Of a stretch of 48,292 nucleotides of DNA, positions 1 through 9,354 are shown one piece after another (position 1 is the stretch's first letter; the number at the start of each line of letters is the position of its first letter). Location: contig CAZDRG010000001.1 of NCBI GenBank assembly GCA_964508015.1, positions 1 through 48,292 on the forward strand, given 5' to 3'. Source of the stretch: an uncultured Bdellovibrionales bacterium (lineage in GTDB: Bacteria > Patescibacteriota > Minisyncoccia > Moranbacterales > UBA1568). The notes under the pieces are model-generated. The model saw only the letters and a list, made by a program, of their open reading frames with translations, did not search any database and was not told the DNA's origin. A program made the position numbers and the translations under genes.

Positions 1-42
1 GTAAGCGTTATCAAAGACAAAAAAGTAAAGAAGGGAAAATCT

Positions 43-1050
43 ATGGACGAATCGTCGAATAACGAAAGCAAACCTGTTGCCATTCATGTGCAGGAGAAAG
101 TACCAAAGGTACGTATTGTGTTCATGGGAACACCTCAGTTTGCTGCGACGCTGCTCGGAGGTCTTATTGATCATCACTATCAGGTGGTCGGCGTGGTCAC
201 GCAACCAGATAAAGCAACCGGTCGTGACCAAGAGCTCATACCAAGTGCCGTCAAAAAACTTGCTCTTGAGTATAATCTTCCTCTCCTCCAACCAATCAAA
301 CTGGATGCAACAGCATATTCAGATCTGAAGCTCTGGAAACCAGATTTGATAGTTGTAGCCGCATACGGGAGAATCCTTCCAAAAAACATACTCTCACTTC
401 CTGGGTTTGGCTGTGTCAATGTCCATGCTTCATTGCTTCCGAGATGGCGAGGTGCCTCACCAATTCACAATGCATTACTAGCTGGAGAAGCCGAAACAGG
501 TATCACACTTATGCTGATGGATGAAGGTGTCGATACGGGAGACGTTATCGCAATGGAAAGAACGGACATTGATGCTAATGAAACCAGAGCGGCGCTCGAA
601 ACGAGGCTGGCAATGATTGGCGTCGAACTCCTCACTCATACTCTGGTGTCCTTCATTGAAAGAAGAATTATTCCAACCAAACAAGACTCTGACGGAGCGA
701 CGTTTTGTCAGCTTATCGATCGCGAAGATGGGCGTATCTTTTGGAATGACGATTCCCAATCACTCTATAATCGTTATCGGGCGCTCACTCCTTGGCCGGG
801 TATATTCACGTTTTGGAAAAACAAAGATTCGTTACAGCGTCTTAAACTTCATGTTGTTTCTCATATCAAACAACCCCCTCAAGTCAAACATGCTCTCGGA
901 GAAGTGTTTGAAATTGGAGAATCTGTAGGCGTGCAGACGGGAACAGGTATACTCCTCCTCGAAGAGGTTCAGCTCGAAGGAAAAGAACGAGTTGATATAC
1001 AAACGTTCACGCGTGGGTACCGAAATTTTGCGGGAAGTATCCTTCAATAG
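43..1050 (+). CDS. fmt: methionyl-tRNA formyltransferase
   Basis: 335-aa ORF with VFMGTPQFA, VVTQPDKATGR and HASLLPRWRGASPI motifs typical of Fmt. Confidence 0.9.
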   Translation: MDESSNNESKPVAIHVQEKVPKVRIVFMGTPQFAATLLGGLIDHHYQVVGVVTQPDKATGRDQELIPSAVKKLALEYNLPLLQPIKLDATAYSDLKLWKPDLIVVAAYGRILPKNILSLPGFGCVNVHASLLPRWRGASPIHNALLAGEAETGITLMLMDEGVDTGDVIAMERTDIDANETRAALETRLAMIGVELLTHTLVSFIERRIIPTKQDSDGATFCQLIDREDGRIFWNDDSQSLYNRYRALTPWPGIFTFWKNKDSLQRLKLHVVSHIKQPPQVKHALGEVFEIGESVGVQTGTGILLLEEVQLEGKERVDIQTFTRGYRNFAGSILQ

Positions 1051-1053
1051 TAT

Positions 1054-1923
1054 ATGGAACGTCACCAAAAACAACGTTCGCATCAAAAAGAAAATACAGT
1101 TCTCTTTATAGGGACACTCGCTATTTTATGCGTCGGTATTTTTATTTTTCTCAAGCCATTTTTCAAGAATGCATCTCTCCCTTCATTGACTCACGCTCCA
1201 GCCAATCTCGCTGAGCCAGCTTTATCTTTATCCACTGACGAGAAAGAGCTCCCATTTATCTCCGTTCAGGATATTTGGCTCGCATTTGGACAAGGGAAGG
1301 ATCTTCAATTTGTCGATATTCGATCCCAAGAAGCTTTCACTCGGTCTCATGTTCCTCATTCTGAATACGTATCTCTAGAAAAGCTCTCTGCATATTTTCC
1401 TAAAAGAAAAGACTCTTATACGATTGTTGTTTTCTCTCTCGATCAAGCATCATCTCTACAAAAAGTACACGAGACTCTCAAAAAATCAAATATCTCTCAT
1501 TTTTTTGTCACAGGCGGAATGCTCGCACTAGAAAAAGAACATTATCCGGTCATTTCTTTCGGTGATCCCGATTCTTTCTCTGATCGATCGAAGGTTACCT
1601 ACTTTACCGCCGTCGAAGCAAAAAAATATATGGATGAAAATCCTGATAATGGTTTCATTTTCCTTGATGTGCGGAGCTCACAAGAATTTTCTTTCGCTCA
1701 TGTCAAAGGTGCAAGAAGTGTCCCTCTTGAATCAATTGAAGATCATTCATCTTCTCTAAATCGAGCAACTCTGTTTCTCGTCTACGGGAATACTATGCTT
1801 GATGCCTTTCAAGCGGCTGTTCGATTGTCTGACTTAAACTTTGCTCTTGTTCGAGCAATATCCGATACACCGCCAGATATCGAGAAAGCTGGTATTCCTA
1901 TCGAAAAGGGAGTCGGTCGTTAA
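1054..1923 (+). CDS. membrane-anchored tandem rhodanese-like domain protein
   Basis: 289-aa ORF starting 4 nt after fmt. It has an N-terminal hydrophobic helix (VLFIGTLAILCVGIFIFL) and two rhodanese-like segments (FVDIRSQEAFTRSHVPHS; FLDVRSSQEFSFAHVKGARSVP). Confidence 0.6.
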   Translation: MERHQKQRSHQKENTVLFIGTLAILCVGIFIFLKPFFKNASLPSLTHAPANLAEPALSLSTDEKELPFISVQDIWLAFGQGKDLQFVDIRSQEAFTRSHVPHSEYVSLEKLSAYFPKRKDSYTIVVFSLDQASSLQKVHETLKKSNISHFFVTGGMLALEKEHYPVISFGDPDSFSDRSKVTYFTAVEAKKYMDENPDNGFIFLDVRSSQEFSFAHVKGARSVPLESIEDHSSSLNRATLFLVYGNTMLDAFQAAVRLSDLNFALVRAISDTPPDIEKAGIPIEKGVGR

Positions 1924-1949
1924 AAAATCTGATCGTTTGTGAAAAGAAA

Positions 1950-1976
1950 GTCACCCCAACTCATGATTGGGGTGAC
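1950..1976. terminator. stem-loop between convergent genes (rhodanese gene / groES)
   Basis: gtcaccccaa-ctcatga-ttggggtgac forms a perfect 10-bp stem. T-rich sequence follows on the + strand and A-rich sequence precedes it. Confidence 0.6.
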
Positions 1977-2004
1977 TTTGTCGTATTTTTCTTGATTGCT
2001 CAAT

Positions 2005-2286
2005 TTAATCCAATGACACTACCGCTAAGATATCTTTATTCGCCACCAGAAGATATTCTTCTGTACCAGCTTTCACTTCTGTACCACCGTATCGGTTAAA
2101 GATGACTTTTTGACTCACAGAAACTTTAATCTTTTCGCTTTCGCCGATAGCCATCACCCGTCCCTGTTGTGGTCGCTCTTCACGAGCAGTTTCTGGGAGA
2201 AATATGCCGGCGGATGTCTTTTGTTCAAGCTTCTCAGGCAGAATGAGGACGTTTTCTCCAAGCGGCTTGATATTCGGTTTTTTCAT
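2005..2286 (-). CDS. groES: co-chaperonin GroES
   Basis: 93-aa ORF with KPLGENVLI..EKTSAGIFLPE..GRVMAIG..YGGTEVK..EEYLLV..DILAVV, the typical Cpn10 pattern. Confidence 0.9.
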   Translation of the reverse strand: MKKPNIKPLGENVLILPEKLEQKTSAGIFLPETAREERPQQGRVMAIGESEKIKVSVSQKVIFNRYGGTEVKAGTEEYLLVANKDILAVVSLD

Positions 2287-2346
2287 ATACCTTTACATTA
2301 TTCTGATTAGTAGCACTCATAAGTATAGAGTGCTAATAAAGAAGAG

Positions 2347-4230
2347 TCAAGAAGCAGTAAAAACCGCTTTAATACGCCGTACTCCAGCCGAACAAGCTTC
2401 TTCTTTTTGAATGTGAAAGTGGCCAAATCGGGTGATATCTGCCATCGTTTTTACATGAGGTCCTCCACACAGTTCTTGGGAATAAATCTTCTCATCTGGA
2501 CCTACTACTTGATACACAGTAACCTTTTCTGGATACTTCTCCCAAAAGCTCCCTTCTACGCCAGTAGTTCGAGCACTCTCTTTTTCCATGATTGTCGATT
2601 TCACCTGTGCTCCAGAATCGATAGCTGCATTCACATACGATTCCACTCGATCTAAAACTTCTCTCGGTACTTTTTCTGGAAAAGTAAAATCAAAACGTGT
2701 ACGTTCATCGGTGATATTTGACCCTGCCTGATGCACATTATTTCCGAGTTCCTGGCGAAGTCCGGCCAACATGAGATGCGTGGCTGTATGAAAAGCAGTA
2801 ACTTTCTCGCTTTGATCGGCAAGGCCTCCTTTAAATTTCCCCGCGCTCGCTGTACGTGATAATTCCTGATGAAGCTTCAGTTCCTGCTGAAACGCAGCTG
2901 TATCGACTGATTTTCCTAATTCTCTTGCCAACTCTTCTGTAATTTCAATCGGGAAACCATAAGAGGAAAAAAGAACAAAAGCATCAGCGCCGCTAATAGT
3001 ATCTCCAGAAAGTTTCTGAAATTCCTTTAACCCAAGCTCTAAGGTTTTTCGAAATTTTACCTCTTCTCGGGAAAGTTCTGCCACGATCGAAGCGCTTTCA
3101 AGAGCAAGATTCGGATAAGCTCGAGCATAGGTAGCTATAAATGCCTCTCCGACTTGAGCGGTAAAATTATTTTCGATTCCAAGCGTATCACCAAAACGGA
3201 CAGCTCGGCGCAATAAACGTCGAACAAAGTATCCTTGATCCTTATTTGAGGGCACAATACCATCACCGATAAGAAACACGGCTGCACGAATATGATCAAG
3301 CACTACTCGATAGGCGTATGTTTCGTTTTCGTTGTCACCGTATTTCTTCCCCGAAAGAAGAGCTAGACGCTGTCTCGCATTTTCAAATAGATCAGTTGCA
3401 AAAATATCCGGATTATCGAGACTGGCCGCCATGAGTCTTTCAAGACCACCGCCAAAATCAACATTTTTCTGCGTAAGTTCTTCAAAACCATCGGCACTTT
3501 TTCGATATTGCATGAACACATTGTTCCCAATTTCCATGAAGCGGCCGCAATCACAATTCACATGACAAAATTTTCCTGAAAATGGGGTTCCCGGAATACA
3601 GTTTTCACCAAGATCAGGCCGAAAATCAAAAAACATTTCCGTGTCTGGACCACCTGGCTCACCAACAGGCATCTGAGCCGGAATACCTACTCGGCTCCAC
3701 CAATTTTTTTTCTCATCATAATAGAAAATCCTGCCACTTTGCATTCCATCTCGTTCTGAAAAATCAATAATTTTAGCGTCAATGCCTACTGTAGCGAAAT
3801 AGTGTTTCCACAGCTCTGCCGACTCAGTATCACGAGGTATATTCAAATCGTTATTTCCACGGAAACAAGTGAAATAAAGTCGATTGGGATCAATGTGCAG
3901 TTCTTGAGTCAAAAACTCCCACATCCAGGCAATCTGCTCTTGCTTGAAATAATCACCAAAAGACCAGTTCCCCAGCATCTCAAAAAACGTCGTGTGGCGA
4001 TTATCGCCTACTTCTTCAATATCCTGCGTGCGAAAAGATTTCTGGGAGTCAGCAATGCGTTTCCCAAGAGGATGAACTTCTCCAAGGAAATAGGGCAACA
4101 TAGGCTGCATGCCAGATCCAGTAAAGAGTGTCGTCGGATCATTTTCAGGACGAAGAGGAGAGGAGGGAACAATCGCGTGCCCATGTTTGGCAAAAAAACG
4201 CAGATACTGCTCACGAAGAGAATCAGACAT
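2347..4230 (-). CDS. alaS: alanine--tRNA ligase (short form, 627 aa)
   Basis: The catalytic core has GNWSFGDYFK and the editing domain has HTATHLM and CGGPHV motifs. The ORF ends soon after the editing domain. Confidence 0.9.
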   Translation of the reverse strand: MSDSLREQYLRFFAKHGHAIVPSSPLRPENDPTTLFTGSGMQPMLPYFLGEVHPLGKRIADSQKSFRTQDIEEVGDNRHTTFFEMLGNWSFGDYFKQEQIAWMWEFLTQELHIDPNRLYFTCFRGNNDLNIPRDTESAELWKHYFATVGIDAKIIDFSERDGMQSGRIFYYDEKKNWWSRVGIPAQMPVGEPGGPDTEMFFDFRPDLGENCIPGTPFSGKFCHVNCDCGRFMEIGNNVFMQYRKSADGFEELTQKNVDFGGGLERLMAASLDNPDIFATDLFENARQRLALLSGKKYGDNENETYAYRVVLDHIRAAVFLIGDGIVPSNKDQGYFVRRLLRRAVRFGDTLGIENNFTAQVGEAFIATYARAYPNLALESASIVAELSREEVKFRKTLELGLKEFQKLSGDTISGADAFVLFSSYGFPIEITEELARELGKSVDTAAFQQELKLHQELSRTASAGKFKGGLADQSEKVTAFHTATHLMLAGLRQELGNNVHQAGSNITDERTRFDFTFPEKVPREVLDRVESYVNAAIDSGAQVKSTIMEKESARTTGVEGSFWEKYPEKVTVYQVVGPDEKIYSQELCGGPHVKTMADITRFGHFHIQKEEACSAGVRRIKAVFTAS

Positions 4231-4250
4231 ATGAAAAGACGTAACGGAAA

Positions 4251-4469
4251 TTACCAGCCAAGTTTTTTTGCGATCTCATCATACTCCCAATCTTTGATTC
4301 GCCATTCAAAAATCTCTCTTAACACCTTGACGGCGTCTTCTGGGGAAGTCGAGTAACTTATTTTACTCTTGATTTGGTCACGATTGTAACCTGAAAGATC
4401 CAATTTGTCAGATCGGCTCGAATTCATTTCTTCGAGTATAGAGAGTGCTTTTTCGTCAGTGCCTGACAT
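4251..4469 (-). CDS. hypothetical small protein (72 aa)
   Basis: Clean ORF in the operon direction between the coiled-coil ORF and alaS. No family recognised. Confidence 0.4.
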   Translation of the reverse strand: MSGTDEKALSILEEMNSSRSDKLDLSGYNRDQIKSKISYSTSPEDAVKVLREIFEWRIKDWEYDEIAKKLGW

Positions 4470-4492
4470 ATGAGTAAAAATTAATTATATTA

Positions 4493-4762
4493 CTATCGTA
4501 TTGAGTTTAATCGTTTTTTTTGTATTCCTATTTCTGCCTTGATTCTTTCTAGATTCGCTTCTTGCGTCCGAAGCAAACTTCTATTGCGATCGGATTCGAG
4601 TAAGATGCGTTTCTTCTGATTCTCGAGTGATCGATTCTCTGTCTGAAGCGTCGCCACCATACGTTCTGCTTTCTTCATATCTGATGAAAGGAGCATGATT
4701 TCAAGCTCAATTTTCCGTTTTTGAGCAACTTCGCGTACATCTTTGCCTGTATTAATTTGCAT
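4493..4762 (-). CDS. hypothetical coiled-coil protein (89 aa)
   Basis: Charged, heptad-like sequence rich in E/K/R/L/Q with no TM segment. Same strand as its neighbours. Confidence 0.45.
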   Translation of the reverse strand: MQINTGKDVREVAQKRKIELEIMLLSSDMKKAERMVATLQTENRSLENQKKRILLESDRNRSLLRTQEANLERIKAEIGIQKKRLNSIR

Positions 4763-4823
4763 ACTATTCTATCAAAAATCAATCGGGTAATCAAGGATGT
4801 GAGAAGGCTTCACGTGAACCATT

Positions 4824-6887
4824 CTACTGTCCTGCCATCACTTGAACCGAAACCCTCTTCTCGTCGCTCGGGATATTATGGAAGAGAAATTCGGGAGAAA
4901 AACTCACCTCGATTTTCTTTATTTCAGGATGTTTTTCTAAAATTGATTTAATCCCATTCTCATCCAAACCAAGCAGCTCTGCTCGTAGCATATCCGTTTC
5001 AATCACTGAAGCCAACGTAAGTGTTGAACGGACATTGAAAGCTACCTTGTCTTCTTCGTACCGGGGAAAAACGCTTTCAAAAGAAAGTGTTGCTCCAGTG
5101 ACTTGAAAAGAAACTCCCTTCTTTTCGGGAAGATTGCGAAGAGCCAGTTTTTCTTTGAGGATTTTTTCAGAAACAACAAAGGCACGTCCCGTAAAACTCC
5201 CCTTTAGGTCGAAATGTTCTCCGAGAGATCCGACCAACGGAAGAGGTTCTATCTGAGTATCAACGACTTCAAGAGAGTTTACGAGAAGACTTTCGTCTGG
5301 CAAAAGCTCTTGTTGCAACGCAGCAAGAAAATCATCCTTGGATTGTTCTCTGAGTTTCTGTATACCGGAATCGATATCTTCTTTTGTGATACTTGGCATA
5401 CTTTCTTCATTTCCTCCTCCGCCTGAGAAACTCTTGCTGGATGTGGCACGAATTTTCTCATATTTTGGCCCTCCCTTGAATCCGGTAATCAGAAAATCAG
5501 AAGGTGCGATATTATACATCTCTCCTGGCACATCGGCGACAATGATAGCTTCGACAATCCCTGGCTGTCGTTTACCATCAGTAATGGTCATACCAGGAAC
5601 AGATGTCGATTCTGCCAAACGAAACACTTTTCCATCGCTCGTCTCAAAACGAGTTGTCGCAATTAATGGCTGAGTATCGCTTGAATATTCATTCGTAATC
5701 ACTACTGTTCCTCTCGATTTCTGATTTCCTGAAGATGCTCGCCCTGTCGCATCCACCATCACAGAACTCTCATAACTTTTTTCAATCTTACGTACTGGTA
5801 CGACATCGCTCTCCTGATCACCGATGGGAACAATAGTCTTTCCTTGGAATTTTGCCTCAACTTCATGCGTAATTTCATGTGGTGTAATAAGAACAGATGC
5901 CTTTGGGAGAAAAAAATACACCGACGCACCGATGCCCGATAGTACCAAGATGCTTCCCAAAGAAAAAACCAGTGTTTTCCACGGAAACGATGTTCGCATT
6001 GATTGCGGATGAGCAATAGAAGGACTCGGAAGAAGATCTTTATTTTGAAGAACGGAGGGGGTTGATAGTTTCTGGGAAGAAATGAGTCTGCCGTCTTGAG
6101 TCGATGAGCGCTGAAGCGCCTCGCCTGGCTCGCGCTGAAAAAAAAGCTCCAGCCTTTGATTTCGTTCCGAGGAATCAGTCTCCTTGGTATGAACAGGCAC
6201 AGATGGAGGAATGAGCTGTGGTCGATTCGTTAAAACTCTCGATTGAATAGATGCGGGCTTATTGATAGACACTGGCTGTTGCGTACTTTTCGGTATCGCT
6301 ACAGGAGGCTGCTTCATATCATTACGAACCGAATTTAAGGATGTCTGATACTGAGGTGAAGTATCTCGAATTCTCAGACGGCGTTCGTTTGACTGTGAAA
6401 TTTCATTCTGTTGCCCTGAAACACCACGGGAATATGCCTGCGTTTTTGGAAGAGTTTCCGAAGATACCTGGGCAGTCATTGAAGAAGAAAATGTATCTGA
6501 CCCGAGGTGATTTGATGTCGGCATAACAGGAGATCGCTCGCTTTTTATCACTGAACTTGATTCGCTCGAAGGAGCCTGTTTGATATTTTTTTCCGAATGC
6601 AATGTTGGCGACACCGGACGTAGAGAGTTTATTTCCGTTGCGTATTCTTTAGTCGAAATACCTACGCGTTCAGCTAATTGTCGACCATTTTCATCTTGCG
6701 ATATGATTGTGATGCGCTTACCTTGTTTTTCAGCCTCACGTTGAAATAAACGCAAATTCACAGCACTCTGCAACACAAGTGATCGCTTTGGAAATACAAA
6801 ACAATTGTCGGCATCTGGTGACTTTCTAAGATATCCGATAACAGAAATAATTTCCTCATCAGAATCAATAAAAAAAGTTTGTGCCAT
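4824..6887 (-). CDS. hypothetical single-pass membrane protein with a long disordered linker
   Basis: 687-aa ORF starting 11 nt after ftsA. It has a folded N-domain, an S/P/Q-rich low-complexity stretch, one TM helix (WKTLVFSLGSILVLSGIGASVYFF) and a large C-terminal domain. Confidence 0.6.
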   Translation of the reverse strand: MAQTFFIDSDEEIISVIGYLRKSPDADNCFVFPKRSLVLQSAVNLRLFQREAEKQGKRITIISQDENGRQLAERVGISTKEYATEINSLRPVSPTLHSEKNIKQAPSSESSSVIKSERSPVMPTSNHLGSDTFSSSMTAQVSSETLPKTQAYSRGVSGQQNEISQSNERRLRIRDTSPQYQTSLNSVRNDMKQPPVAIPKSTQQPVSINKPASIQSRVLTNRPQLIPPSVPVHTKETDSSERNQRLELFFQREPGEALQRSSTQDGRLISSQKLSTPSVLQNKDLLPSPSIAHPQSMRTSFPWKTLVFSLGSILVLSGIGASVYFFLPKASVLITPHEITHEVEAKFQGKTIVPIGDQESDVVPVRKIEKSYESSVMVDATGRASSGNQKSRGTVVITNEYSSDTQPLIATTRFETSDGKVFRLAESTSVPGMTITDGKRQPGIVEAIIVADVPGEMYNIAPSDFLITGFKGGPKYEKIRATSSKSFSGGGGNEESMPSITKEDIDSGIQKLREQSKDDFLAALQQELLPDESLLVNSLEVVDTQIEPLPLVGSLGEHFDLKGSFTGRAFVVSEKILKEKLALRNLPEKKGVSFQVTGATLSFESVFPRYEEDKVAFNVRSTLTLASVIETDMLRAELLGLDENGIKSILEKHPEIKKIEVSFSPEFLFHNIPSDEKRVSVQVMAGQ

Positions 6888-6897
6888 AGGAAGGAAA

Positions 6898-8160
6898 TTA
6901 TGAGTGATCGCTGATACGCTGCATACTCCTCTGAAGAATCTGTGTTAACTCTTTCTCTTCATCTAAGATCTCGATCAATGCTAAATTCGCGAGACCAATT
7001 GGTGTGATATCTTGAGGATTAATCAATTCGCCAGTTGTATCAACAATACGAGCGATATCCTTAGGCTGTAAATAACTCACCTGTGGTGGTCGAGCAAAAG
7101 GAAGAGTTTTTGCCCACTCTGGAGATAATAACGCTTCCCGAATTCCTGGAAGTGCCGAGCCTCCACCGCACAAGAAAATACGAGATGGAAGCAAATCGGT
7201 TTCAGCGAACTCGCTCAAAGAAAGCTCAACTCCACCGAGCCAAATACGACAATCATCAGCAAAAATCTCTGCGATATTCGTGATATCTTCTGGATGAAGT
7301 TTCCCGTTCGCGTAATCAATTTTCATCTGTTCCGCAATATCGAAAGTGAGACCGAATTCTTGTGCAAGACGTTTCGTAAAAGCTCGACCACCAAGCGCAA
7401 ACATTTTTGTGCCTTCCAATCCACCGTTACGTACCACTGCAATATCGCTCGTTCCTCCTCCAATATCGATAAAGATAGCGCTAAAGTCATTCATGTCATT
7501 CACTTCAACTGAGCGTGCAACTGCGTACGGTTCAGCCGCAATCGAAAGAAGATCAAGTCCAAGCGACTTGGCTATCGTTTCCAGTGCCCCCAAATGAATC
7601 AACGGCGCATAAGCGTTAAATATACTCATTGATACTTCTTTCCCCTGAAAATTAGTCGGATTTTGAATATGATACCCATCAATACTCACGCTTACCATCG
7701 CCGCATTAATCAGTTTGACATCAATATTTCCCTGTCCCGTTTCCCATGCCAGTTGCTTCTTAATTCGCTCGAAGGCTTTTTCTTGCACCTTCTTGATAAT
7801 CATTTTCAATTCAGATGATCCAATCTCTAAATTTGTATTCACTCGACTATAATGTACGGTCGTTGTTGTCCCCCGAACTAACTCTCCTGCTATACCAATA
7901 ATACTCTTCCCGATTTTTTTCACCTGCGCTTTCTCAGTCGCAATACTAATCGCCTGTCGAGATGATTCAATAACACCATTAATATCAGCAACAGCTCCAC
8001 TTCTCATATTTCCAGGTTGTTGCGCTACTTTTCCTACGCCAATAATAACGCCTCGACCCTCGTTCTCTTCAATGCGTAAAATCAAAGCTTTGACAACTTC
8101 AGTGCCTATATCAAGAGCAAGAACTACCTGTGGGCCATTTCCCCACGAAAAAAATTTCAT
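6898..8160 (-). CDS. ftsA: cell division protein FtsA (actin-fold ATPase)
   Basis: 420 aa with LALDIGTEVVKA, IDIGGGTSDIAVV and LCGGGSALPG phosphate/adenosine motifs. It is distinct from MreB at 28584. Confidence 0.75.
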   Translation of the reverse strand: MKFFSWGNGPQVVLALDIGTEVVKALILRIEENEGRGVIIGVGKVAQQPGNMRSGAVADINGVIESSRQAISIATEKAQVKKIGKSIIGIAGELVRGTTTTVHYSRVNTNLEIGSSELKMIIKKVQEKAFERIKKQLAWETGQGNIDVKLINAAMVSVSIDGYHIQNPTNFQGKEVSMSIFNAYAPLIHLGALETIAKSLGLDLLSIAAEPYAVARSVEVNDMNDFSAIFIDIGGGTSDIAVVRNGGLEGTKMFALGGRAFTKRLAQEFGLTFDIAEQMKIDYANGKLHPEDITNIAEIFADDCRIWLGGVELSLSEFAETDLLPSRIFLCGGGSALPGIREALLSPEWAKTLPFARPPQVSYLQPKDIARIVDTTGELINPQDITPIGLANLALIEILDEEKELTQILQRSMQRISDHS

Positions 8161-8294
8161 AATCTCTTTTTTGTTTTGAGGATATACCGAAAGTATACCA
8201 TAAATACCTCTGCAAAACGACTTCTTAAGAAACCTCGTCTCGCAGAGACAATCTTCTTATCGCGTACAAAAACATCCTAGATACATACTTTTGG

Positions 8295-9317
8295 TTACCA
8301 CGTCGTGACTTTCACGTCTGCAAGCAAGCGCTCACAATCTGTCTTGCTTTGTAATCCGTCAATAGCACCGTAGTGAGTCACTACACCACCGCTGTTCAAC
8401 ATGCCCATAGCCAGTGATTGACGAAGAGATAGACCATGCACCTGACCGGCCAAAAAACCTGAGGTGAAAGCATCTCCGGCTCCCGTGCTATCTACTACTG
8501 GCCCGAGCGTATGAATCGGAGCAAACAAAAAATCAGTTCCATCCGTTGCCCACGCACCGCGCTTACCATCAGTCAACCCTACGTAGCGAACCCCTTTTGC
8601 CAGAAGTGCCTCAAGAAGAAAACGCTCATCATTGAGAAGATCTTGATTATTCCCTGATTCATGCATGAGAAGTTCAATAGCCTCATCCTTATTGAGTACT
8701 ACGACATCAGCACGAGCGATCATTGACAAAAGGAGAGCCGGATCATCTTTCAGATTATGCTGTCCTGGATTGAGTGCCAGTCGCGTAGATGATTTATCCA
8801 GATGGGCCATCACTTTGGACACGTTTGTTTTCCAATCACCGTTCAACGCACTCATGAAAATCCAGTCTGTATTCGAAAGGTTTTTCTCTTCCACAAGGAG
8901 ACGTTCATTCGCATCCCGATTATGAAAAATAATTCGATCTCCAGATTTTATCAAAACCACTATGGCTGAAAGATCTGTTCGGATACCCGATTCCCGTTGC
9001 ACCAAATGAGTGAGCACAGATTCTTTCTCAAGTTCATGAAGAACCCAATCACCAAGATGGTCTCGACCAATATGGGTATAACAAGCTGAAACCACACCAA
9101 GGCGAGCGAGACCAATGGAAGTATTGGATGCAACACCACCAATGGCTTCATATCGATTCGGAGAACGAAACTTGCCTCCAACCTCAAATGCAGCCTTCTG
9201 TTTTGAAGTGATATCATCTGGCGTGTCGTAAATCACATATTCATCGCTCGAAAAAAAGACATCCTGAGAACATGATCCGATGCAGATAACCTGAGTTGTT
9301 TTTGGCTGAAAAAACAT
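8295..9317 (-). CDS. PfkB-family carbohydrate kinase
   Basis: 340 aa with the C-terminal PfkB signature DSTGAGDAFTSGFLAG. Confidence 0.8.
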   Translation of the reverse strand: MFFQPKTTQVICIGSCSQDVFFSSDEYVIYDTPDDITSKQKAAFEVGGKFRSPNRYEAIGGVASNTSIGLARLGVVSACYTHIGRDHLGDWVLHELEKESVLTHLVQRESGIRTDLSAIVVLIKSGDRIIFHNRDANERLLVEEKNLSNTDWIFMSALNGDWKTNVSKVMAHLDKSSTRLALNPGQHNLKDDPALLLSMIARADVVVLNKDEAIELLMHESGNNQDLLNDERFLLEALLAKGVRYVGLTDGKRGAWATDGTDFLFAPIHTLGPVVDSTGAGDAFTSGFLAGQVHGLSLRQSLAMGMLNSGGVVTHYGAIDGLQSKTDCERLLADVKVTTW

Positions 9318-9354
9318 AGGTAATAAAATAATCGGATGAACATCTGTCCACCTT

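Noticed and set aside
3802-4356. 184-aa + strand ORF
   Set aside because: It is antisense to alaS and the following small gene, and has basic low-complexity composition typical of shadow ORFs. The same reasoning applies to 9723..10112, 10162..10518, 23205..23615, 23242..23682, 30871..31320, 40189..40653 and 40896..41276.
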